A DNA stretch of 64,000 bases from the human T2T-CHM13v2.0 reference genome, Homo sapiens. Under the pieces are notes generated by a model that ran no database searches, was not told the DNA's origin, and saw only the letters and a list, made by a program, of their open reading frames with translations. The position numbers were made by a program, and so were the translations under genes. Location of the stretch: assembly GCF_009914755.1 (NCBI RefSeq), contig NC_060930.1. One strand, 5' to 3'. Below, piece by piece: positions 53,786 through 64,000 of the stretch; position 1 is the first letter of the stretch; each line of letters starts with the position of its first letter.

Positions 53786-55358
53786 TTCTTATTTATAAGT
53801 TACACTTGGCCTAGCTCTACTCTGCACCCGGCTCTTCTTCCTCTCTGCTGACATTGCTAAGCAACAGTGGTCCCAGATCTACCACTGAATTCCTGGGTAA
53901 GGACCACAGAACAGTAGCTACCCAGGGGCAACAGCTTACCACAGACTTTGCCATATGCCCTGTCTTTGCAATTTCACTTCAGTGGGTGAAAGTACTTGCT
54001 CAAACTTGCTTCCTCATGCCGATCTTCAGGAAGTTGGCTTAGTGACCCCTTCTCTGATGCTCTAACTCCACTTCCCCAGCTTTCCCTTGACTCTAATAGA
54101 GGCTCTGGTTCCCTTACAAAACCTGATGCTACAGTCTTTGGTCAAAAATGCAGGCAGTCTCTCCACAACCCCATGTCAGGCTAAATTTTCCTCTGCCATG
54201 CTCTCATGGCCTCTTGTGCCTGGCTCTGTCACAACACATATTACCCTGTAGTGTAACTGAGTGGCTATGGTCCCTCCTATGAAGTCAAAATTCCCTTGAG
54301 GCCAGGGTTTGAGTTTTATTTATCTCTGAACCACAATCAGAGCAACACTTGGCACATAGTAGGTGCTCAATAAATGTTCGTTGAACCGAGTGACTTTTAA
54401 TACAGACAGCAAGTATCATGGAAATTACCATTCCCCCTGAGATAATGGTTACTCTGCTCAGCTTAGATGAGTCCTGGGAAGAGGAGATTTGGTTTAGGAA
54501 TGAAAATGGCTGCTTCACTCTCCTTGGCCTAGCCTAGGAAGAGCATTTGGAGCTGTTTTGAAAAACTATTGAGCTAATGTTTGTGGACACCCTTGTAAAG
54601 TTCAGTCTGGGAGGATAATGAATATATGTACACACATGAAAGACATGGACGCATCCCCACTATGTGTACACACAGGCTGCATACATACATGGATCTAAAG
54701 TGTATATTGGGAGAAAGAAAGCATATTTTCCCAAACTCTTTATTCATTTTTCTCATTTAGTAAGACAGTCCAATTTTATCAAATATTGCAAATCTCACAT
54801 CAGTTCTTTCTGAAAAGGGGTTTCAGCCAAAATCATTACAATTGGAAGTAACTACAACTGTCTGTGTCTTTCTCCCTTTCCGCATCACTAGCATGCTCCA
54901 TAACTCAGACTTCCTGTATGCCCAGGCTCTCTCCCACTTCCCTAACAAGCAACAACAATCTCAAGAAAGATTTAGATAAACTCAGATATACATGGCTGTC
55001 AATGATTGTGGAAACCAACTTTGCTTTTGCATCTGATGTTTTCAAGTTAAAGTAAGAAAATCTCTATATGATTTAAGCCAAAAGACTAAAATTCTAGATC
55101 CCTAATTTGGAATCTCAGGAGTCAGTAAGACTTGGGAGAGATTCTTTTTATTGGAGTTGTCTTTCCCCAAAGCCCAGAAATGGACCGCTTTGGTAGCTTT
55201 AGTATACCTGGAAGGCTCATCTATAACTCCTACCTAGATGTTCACTACGCCAACTGGAAGGATCTCCTTATCTGGTCAATTCATGCCCCTACTTGTGTGG
55301 AGAAAGGGCATCCAAGATTCCCCACCAGAAAAGAGTCCTATTGAATGATGAACACAGC

Positions 55359-56407
55359 CTAAGCATGGGCAGAAAACAGGCTTAGGGTGGAAGAGTCAGG
55401 GTGGAAGATCATGCCTGTGACAATCATCCTCAATGCCTTGCGAAACCAAGGATAAAGCATGCCATATAAAATGGGATTGAAAGCAGAGTTGAAATAGCCT
55501 AGCCAGAGGAAGACATTGTACAGATCTTCAAGGGTTGTAAAATTAATGAAAGGATCTGTGATCGTCAAGACAAAGAAGGGCAGCCAGCACAACACAAACA
55601 CTCCCATGACTATGCCTAAGGTCCTGGTGGCCTTGCTTTCTGTTTTAGAGGATGCCTTTTTTTTTGCTTTCTGACCCAGCCTGTTTAGTCCTAGAACCTG
55701 TGCCAATTTGCATGGCATGCTTCCTGGCTACTGTAAAAATATGTATGTAAATTCCCACCGTGGTTGTCCCTGGGAGAAAGAAAGCTATAAAGGAGGCCAG
55801 TACCCCCCCAGAGCTTATTAAATATTAACACACACAAACCTGTGCAATCAATGGCTGCAACAAACTCTTCTGCACCAATTATGTTTAGTTTTGAGAATAC
55901 CAGGCCAAAGGCAAAAAGGATGGGAATGGACCAACTGATGAGTAGAAAGAGTTCTATGACAGGGATGGTAATTCTGGTGACATATTGCAATGGGTCTCAA
56001 ACAGCATCGTAACGGTCAACTGAGATGAAGCAGAGGTGAAAAATGGAGGTGGTGCAGAGTATGATGTCACAGCAGCTGTGGACTTTGCAAAAGAGGTCTC
56101 CAAAATACCAGCAGGACTCGATGGATGTGATCACACTGAAGGGCATGACCACACAGCTCAGCAAAAAGTCAGTGATGGCCATGGAGAGGATCAAGAAGTT
56201 GGTCGGGGAGTGGAGCTGCTTGAAGTGAGCGATGGAAATCATTACGATCATGTTGCCCAGCATTGTCATCACTATAGACCCGATCATGACCAGGTACATG
56301 GCCCAGACACTCAGCACCGGCCTCACATTTCTAGGGCATGAATTGTTAACTGAACTAAAGCAAAATTGTACTGTTGGGGGGTTCTGAGGGTCAGGCAAAT
56401 TCATCAT
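55359..56407 (-). pseudogene. TAAR4P: TAAR4 pseudogene, full length
   Basis: MMNLPDPQNPPTVQFCF...DRYDAV* (TGA 55999-55997), continues DPLQY; +1 in G7 (55809-55803) and +1 in A9 (55665-55657); ends NSAFNPILYGMLYPWFRKAL...LFSAHA*. Repair gives 348 codons plus stop. Confidence 0.95.
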
Positions 56408-56462
56408 CTTTGTCTCATGGGTACTATGAATCTTGTTCAAAAGTGCTGTGTTCCTCTCAGTT

Positions 56463-56500
56463 CTGTGTGAGAAAGACACAGTACAACAATACAAATCACC
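56463..56500 (-). promoter_or_regulatory. Predicted 3' splice site upstream of TAAR4P
   Basis: Minus strand TTTGTATTGTTGTACTGTGTCTTTCTCACACAG|AAC, exon from 56462, 55 nt before the first in-frame ATG. Confidence 0.6.
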
Positions 56501-59500
56501 AGCAGCACAGCTTTTTTCAGAGGCCAAACTAAGCCTGCATGTACAATCCAAATATGAATTCCCTACTGACCAGGAGCACTGCTTCCTAAAGCTTTGCATG
56601 CATACAAGTCACCTAGGGATCTTTTTAAAACACAGATTCTGATTCTAGGGGAGGGCTGAGAGTCTGCATGCAGGTGAACGCATGTTCCAGTTGCCCTAAT
56701 ATTAACCTTACACAGGATTCCGAATCCGTAGGCAGATTGAGTTTTTCCTGTCTCGCTTATATTGGACAGTTTTTAAACAATAAAATCTCCTCAAGGATTA
56801 TGAAGAACTGTGGAACTATTATTTAATGTTTAGCTTAAACAATAATTATGATCTGAATATTATGCTGATGCTTCCTTTTTAACTTTATGTGTGAGCATTT
56901 GCCAATGCTTTCCATCCTGCCACTTATGACATACTATTCGATTAAGGAAACATTTATCTCTCCAGTATGGAGAACAACATAGTTTTTAGAGTTTTGAGCT
57001 ATATTATGGCAAATTAAAAATATACTGAGGATCACAAAGTTATAGGTGAATAATCAAAAATATAAAGGAAAAACCCACAAATAACAGATTCTATAAATCT
57101 GTGGCTTATCTCCTTTCATTTAGCAGCTGTATTCATGAATTCAAGCTCAAGTTGAGGTCCTTTCCCCCTGTTTTCGTCTTATATTCGTAACAAATGTGAT
57201 ACGTGTGAGTGCTCATTGTTTAATCTATCATTTTGTATAATTAATGCCATTGCCCTTGTAATGTGAAAATAATGGGACTGACTTATCCAGAGTATGACAT
57301 GTTTTGATTTGTTTTTTCCAGTGCCGGAGCTGGATGTGTAATTCTGGTGACGAATGCGATCTAAGGCCAATTGAAATGGACTTTGGCCTGAGAATAGGCT
57401 AAAACTGAATGGTCCTTTGGGAAAATGAACCCACAAGCACATCCTCACCAGATTTAATTGAAAAAGACATTAATAAAAATACAAGCACCTTTAAAAATAC
57501 TATTTTCACTATTTGCTACAATAGCTTAGCAATGATCTCCAATACTGTATATTATTTTAAATGTTAACATTATGACATGTTTTATTTGCTCTGGATATAG
57601 TAACTTGATTTCTTAAAATTTTTTAGGGTTTTTTTTAAATACCAATCAAATATTAAACAATTAAGTTGTACTTGAAACACCAAGCCATAGGGAAATAAAA
57701 TGTAAGAAGAACAAAGATGTGTTCAGCTCCTTTATAAAGTGCAGACTAGCAATCAGAATACACAGAATAAATTGTTTACTAGTCAGTTTGGTTCCAAAGT
57801 TCTAAAAGGCTGCAAATAATCAAATCTTAATATCTAATATTTTATTTAATAAGTTAAATTTAGCCTGCTCTTTATCTCCCCTGCATTTGTAATTTAAAAA
57901 CCTTTCCTCAATTCTTTTTAAATTCTTTTAAAAATCAATCTTTAAGAAAGCTAACAATTACAAAGTCATTTCAGCATTTGCCACTATATATTCATAAATA
58001 AAGCATTCCCCATACAAAATTTTACATTTCATTATACAGTTTTAGAGTTTTAACTTCCAAGTTTGAAAATCTAATCACTGAAAGAATATAATTTAACCTC
58101 CTCAGTTTGTAAAGTGAATTTATTTATTTATTTATTTATTTGAAAAACATGGCATGAAACAACTTATAGAAATTAACAGTATTCTCTCATATATTACAGT
58201 TACATATAATAAGGAAATGGTTAAACATTTAAGTGTTAGTTTAAGACAAGAAGATAGAGTAAGACACCCACATATATGTTTAAAATTATTACATGGGTGA
58301 ATTGTTAAGGTAATGTCAAAGATAAGAATAATTTCAAACTCCTATCTTAAGCTCTTGGTGAAAAGTTATGAAAACAAGTAACCACATGAAAATATGACTG
58401 CTGGCTTGCTTGTTTGCTAAAGGGAACTGAGTATAAAATTAAATCAAGTTGGAGTTTTGTTTATTATTTAAAACTTAACAGAATAAAGATTCCTTTTATT
58501 TGGAGATTCGCCTTCAGAAAAGATAGATACAGCATTTTTTTAAAAACAAAATAAAATAAAGTTAAGCCCTTTATGGCATCTCACTTTTTTCATGGGATAT
58601 TATTGTGCCTTTTTCTCTTTTTTACCAATAACATTTCCCCCAAGCATCAGCAACAAAGGGCTAAATTAATTACAGCATTGCAAACAACCACCCATGGAAA
58701 TTATTAGTTATTTCTTCTAGGAGGCAGAAAGAAACATCCGTTGACAATTCTGGAGATAAGAGCAAGAACTGCATAGCTTTTTCGTTCAAATGTAGTTCTT
58801 TAAGGGAGAAGACGATAGACTAATGAAACATAAACAAGAACTCTGAAATAATAATTTTGAAAATGTAAACAATTATTGGAATTTCAAGGAAAAGGGGATT
58901 TATGCAATACTTTTTTTCTCCAGTACTAGAACCCTGAAATATGTTAGTGTACACATATTTCCATCAAATAAGAAGAGGGAAATATAGCTCAACTAGTTCA
59001 GCAATGCATTGTAAATAAATGGAAAAAATTAGGGGAGGACGTATCATACCTGCTTTATCAGGCATGATTTTTCTCTTACTGGTTACATAGCCCAAACAAT
59101 CTACTTCTGCCCCCATTTTCACAGAAATAATAATTTTATCTTACTTTGATATATCTCATCCTTACAATAGTGGCATAGGTAAGGGAAATTATTGGTAAAT
59201 TAGATTTAAGAAAGATTTGCTGTGGGTCTTCCCATCATTGTTTCTTTCAAATCTCAGTGATTTAAGAAAATGACCCAGATTTATTTTTATGGGTCAGTAT
59301 TTTAAGAGGGGTATCTTTCAACACACAAAAAATAGCAAACAAAGAAAATAAACCTATCTAATTTTTTTCTGTCCTAATATATTCTCCTTTGGCTTGCCAA
59401 AATTTGGCTAATTAGGCTGGTGAAATTAATATAATTGAAAGGTGAGTTATCTGTTACACTACGGTTTCTTACCAAGCAAATTTGCACTGTGTTCTCTTGT

Positions 59501-60281
59501 TGTCTGCCCTGCTCACACTCACATCCTAGGAACTTGGGGCCACACTATTGTAGGTAGGCTCCTAGCAGGCTGTGCTGCTGCCAGTATTTATGCCTAAAAT
59601 ATGCCTCTAGGGGCAGTGTCCTATGTCCTGCTTTTGACCCGTGTGTCTTTTCACAACCTTCGGTGTGCTGCCAGCAAGAGATTATAGTTAAGTCACCAGA
59701 GAAATGGCTCTGGGAGGGAGCTTCAGTTCTGTGCAAACATTGCTATGACCTCAGAGGGACAACAAGGACTAGCCTCACACAAGGCCAAAGGTAGGAAGAA
59801 TGAAAAAGAGGGAAGGAAGGGAGGAAGAGAGGAAGAGAAGAAGGATGGGAGAGAGGAAGGAGAAAATGTAGCTGAAATACAACCCATGCTCCGTCCACTT
59901 ATTACCAAATGCTTGATAATGCATTGATTCCATGAATTCTTTAATCTCTAGTGAAAGTTTGACTCATTTATATCTTTTTCCTGCCATGCAAAAGTCAGTG
60001 ATATTCCTTCATACTGCAGTTCTTTTAAGTTCATAATTTTTCAAATAAAGGTCTTAGCCCAAGCTAAACGCAAAAAGAACAAGGCTTCAACACAATTGGA
60101 TGAAAAGGGGACTCTTCATCACCACCACGGTATTTTCACGATCACTGGGGAAGACATTTCCATTAGTGTGCCATAATTCCAGACACTAAGCTTCAAGGAG
60201 TTTCCATTGATAATTTTATTATTCATCAACACCACACAGTTGTTTTACTTAAATACACAACACTTTGGAGAACAGCAAAGC

Positions 60282-60596
60282 TTTTCTTTTCTTTTTTTTT
60301 TTTTTTTTTTTTTTTTTGACGGAGTCCCGCTCTGTCACCCAGGCTGGAATGCAGTGGTGGATCTTGGCTTGCTGCAACCTTCACCTCCTGGGTTCAAGTG
60401 ATTCTCTTGCCTCAGCCTCCCGAGTAGCTGGGATTACAGGCACCTGACACCATGCCTGGCTAATTTTTGTATTTTTAGTAGAGATGGGGTGTCACCATGT
60501 TGGCCAGGCTGGTCTCGAACTCCTAACCTCAGGTGATCCACCTGCATCCGCCTCCCAAAGGGCTGGGATTACAGGCATGAGCCACCGCTCCCAGCC
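60282..60596 (-). mobile_element. AluS, full length
   Basis: Long poly-T, Alu consensus, caaagctt on both flanks. Confidence 0.95.
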
Positions 60597-61706
60597 CAAA
60601 GCTTGCTCTTGTAGAAATAGAAACAAATTATTCATATTTAAATCAACTGGTAAGGACTAACTTTATTATGTCCTCTGTGGATATTCTTCATGAAATTAAA
60701 TGCCTTCGTGAATGGGGATGGCTGGAAATGTTGGATTTCCTCTATATGCTCATCTGGGTTTATAAAACTTCTCTTTCCAAATTTCTGTCTTATACTTAAT
60801 AGTATATTTTTATAAATTTTGATTGCTTCAGTCAGGGTCCAGTCAGGAGAATAGAATGGAAAATTTTTATTTCAACAGAAAGAAGTTAATTTAGAAAATT
60901 AGTTTAAAATACATTTGAAAACTTAAAGAGCAAAAAGCATTTGTAAACAAACAAAAAATAAACCAAAAAAACCCTGATGAGGTTACTACTAATAGTAACT
61001 GTAGGAGGCATCTACCTCCCTAGATTGGGGAAAGAAGTAGTGGTTGAATTATCAGAACCTAGAAGCACAGAACAGGGGCCCCTCAGAATGTGTTCTCAGA
61101 CTCCTGAGGGAAGGATGCTACCCAGCTACAGCTGGTTCCTCGAGAGTTTGGAAAAAGTCCCTTTATAGAGGCAAATTATTATTAGTAGTAGTATTGTTTA
61201 ACTTCTTTTACCTAAAGAGCTGGTTCATTATTGTTTACAGTTTGACAATAATGTAAAACATTTACATGCCTTCTTTGAGGGAGAAGATCTGTTAATGGCT
61301 TTAGGTATTTGGCCAGGTCCAGGTCCAGGAAAGAACTCAAATGTTTCAATGGTATTTGGCTAAATAAGATGATTTGGCATGAAGATGACTCCTCAATGCT
61401 CTCCCAACCTGACAGCTTAATGCACAGGCTCTGAACTCCCCAATCGGCCATGAGGAGGAACTGCTCTGACAGCAATGCTGGAGCTCCATGGAGAATAAAA
61501 TGACTCCTGGAATTGCAGGATTTAATGATTTCTAAAAGTAGGAACAACAAAGGTTAATTTGTAAAAGGAAAAACAATTACATGCTTTGGACATTAAAAAG
61601 ACATGATCTTTCCTTGAGATTACCGTACCAGTAAACCACTCTTAACTGCTCATCCCCAAAGAAGAAAAAAACTAATATACAATAAAGATAAAAGGACAAA
61701 GTAAAC

Positions 61707-62143
61707 AAAAAGAAAAAGAAAGAAAAAGGAAAGAAGGAAGGAAGGAGGGAAGGAGGGAAGGAGGGGAGGAAGGAAGGAAGGAAGGAGGGAGGGAAGGAAG
61801 GAAGGAGGGAAGGAAGGAAGGAGGGAAGGAAGGAAGGAGAGAGGGAAGGAGGGAAGAAGGGAAGGAGGGAAGGAGGGAAAGAAGGAAGGAAGGAGGGAAG
61901 GAGGGAAGGAGGGAAAGAAAGAAGGAGGGAAGGAGGGAAGGAGGGAAAGAAGGAAGGAAGGAGGGAAGGAGGGAAGGAAGGAAGGGGGGAAGGAGGGAAG
62001 GAGGGAAAGAAGGAAGGAGGGAAGGAGGGAAAGAAGGAAGGAAGGAGGGAAGGAAGGAGGGAGGGAAGGAGGGAAGAAGGGAAGGAGGGAAGGAGGGAAA
62101 GAAGGAAGGAAGGAGGGAAGGAGGGAAGGAAAGAAGGAAGAGA
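61707..62143. repeat. 437-nt uninterrupted polypurine (GGAA/GGAG-type) compound repeat
   Basis: No pyrimidine on the plus strand across the interval; source of the three Pro/Ser/Phe/Leu ORFs. Confidence 0.97.
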
Positions 62144-63101
62144 CAAAGAAAGAAAAAACACACCAGACCAACAGGTACTCATAAACTGAAATCTTGAATT
62201 TTTAATAGAATTTTTTCTCATACACTAACTAACAAATAAATCTGAATTAAATACAAAATTCAAATGATTCAAATCAGATTTCTTTTACTTTATTGGACAA
62301 AAGCCTTGCAAAGTATATATTCATCTGTCCACATGTTTTATTTTCTCCCACCAGAATGCAGATAGCTAGAGGACAGGGTTTAATTCTAGCTTACCATTGT
62401 GTTCTGTGCTATATGCCCCTTGGTGGGCAGCAAGAAATATGTACTTTACTCAACCACAGACAAAGCAGTGATATAATACAATCACTGACATGCAGTAAAA
62501 TACATTTCAAAAAATCAAACAACCACGGTATTTACTGATGCATTCTCATAAAGAAACATGTTTGTGGATATTTATTGTAACATTATTTGTTGTAGCAAAA
62601 GACCAGAAACAGTAGGGATCTAGTTAAATAAATTAGGATATTTCCAAATAATAGAATATTCTGTAGACTTTTCAAAAAATTTGGCAGGTCTATGTTTACT
62701 GACATAAAATGAAACTCTAATATGTGACAGTATGTAAAACAACCAAGATTAAAATTAGCATGTGTAATATTTTGCCATTTTTTAAAAGTGTGTGGGAGCA
62801 ATATGTACATACAAGATTGTTTACAGATAGGCCTGTGTTTCTTACATATCTTAAAGAAGTGTCTACCTCTGAGGAGGATGTCTGAAAGACCAGAGAACAG
62901 AGATTAAGGAGAGACTTATTTTTTAGTGTGTAGACTTTGACTCTTTTTGAATTTTTTGAATTCAAAATATTTTTTGAATGAATGTGCTGAATTTTTTAAA
63001 TTATGATTTTTAAAATAAGATTTTCTTTATTTTTATTTTTATCAAATTCTATTTAATTTAACTTAATTTAATTAAAACTTTATTTTAGCTGTAGTCTAAA
63101 G

Positions 63102-63631
63102 CAGCCATCCCCAACCTTTTTGGCACCAGGGACTGGTTTCTTGGAAGACAATATTTCCACAAATGAGGTGGGGGAAGATGGTTTTGGGATGACTCAAGCA
63201 CATTATATTTATTGTGCACTTTATTTCTATTATTACATTGTAAATATATAATGAAATAATTATACAACTCACCATAATATAGAATCAGTGGGGGCCCTGA
63301 GCTTGTTTTTCTACAATTAGATGGCTCCATCCAGGGGTGATGGGAGACAGTGACAGATCCTCAGGCATTAGGTTATCATAAGGAGGGTGCAAGCTACATC
63401 CGTTGCATGCGCAGCTCACAATAGGGTTCATGCTCCTGTGAGAATCTAATGCTGCCACTGATCTGACAGGCAGTGAGCTCAGGCCGTAATGCGAGCAATG
63501 GGGAGCTGCTGTAAATGCAGTACAGATGAAGTTTTGCTTGCTTGCCTGCCCCTCATCTCCTGCTGTGTAGCTCAGTTCCTAACAGTCCAAGGACTATTAC
63601 CCATCTGTGGTCTGGAGGTTGAGGACCCCTG
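63102..63631. mobile_element. MER1A-like hAT-Charlie element, complete
   Basis: cagccatccccaacctttttggcaccaggg...ggttgaggacccctg with 8-bp TSD GTCTAAAG (63094-63101, 63632-63639). Confidence 0.92.
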
Positions 63632-64000
63632 GTCTAAAGGACCCTTATCTTTAAGTTTGTGAAGGCTTGGAATTAGGTATAGAAAATGACAATGTACAAG
63701 TAAAAACACTTTAAGAACATTCTGGAGCTCTAAGACCTTTAGAAGTCAAAAAAAAAAAAAAAAAGACAATACCAAAAAAATAAATACTGATCAGAAAGGA
63801 TTAGGGCTATGGATTAAAAAAAAAATGTTTTGTTTTATTTTCATAAGAGTTTGCAGCAGGTTGTGCATGAACTAAAGAGCTCATAAAACTGCAAGCAGTT
63901 AACCTCAACCTCATTGAGATGTTTCAGATAACATTGCAATAAGAAACATGGCCTTGCTGCAGTTCAGTGACAAAGGGAGTTAAGAAAATTGTCGGCCAGG

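Noticed and set aside
56408-56599. 64-aa N-terminal extension of the TAAR4P ORF
   Set aside because: Crosses the predicted acceptor and begins in MER5-like sequence; no GPCR similarity.
61577-62221. Three long Pro/Ser/Phe/Leu-rich ORFs
   Set aside because: A polypyrimidine strand cannot contain stop codons; simple-repeat artefact.

Overview
Mammalian genomic DNA, almost certainly human (Alu/L1PA content, proteins match the human sequences I know), from the trace amine-associated receptor (TAAR) GPCR cluster on 6q23.2. In order: 3' end of TAAR9 (+), intact TAAR8 (+), a degenerate TM6-to-C-terminus relic in the TAAR7P position that is split by an Alu (+), intact TAAR6 (+), intact TAAR5 (-) and the TAAR4P pseudogene (-; one nonsense and two homopolymer frameshift lesions). 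The rest is AT-rich intergenic DNA dense in Alu, L1, L2, MIR, MaLR/ERVL LTR and hAT MER elements; nearly all other ORF-track entries are repeat-derived noise. I see no wholly new gene system. The most promising under-described features are: (i) a splice acceptor just upstream of each full TAAR reading frame, implying unannotated 5' non-coding exons, plus candidate olfactory-neuron (homeodomain/EBF) cis-elements; (ii) a 5'-half-restricted TAAR6/TAAR8 identity peak suggesting gene conversion; (iii) a two-template local insertion at 10964-11193; (iv) a perfect 28-bp AT-rich palindrome and a 437-nt pure purine tract. Repeat family names are from memory of consensus sequences, not from a search, and repeat boundaries are approximate unless TSDs are given.
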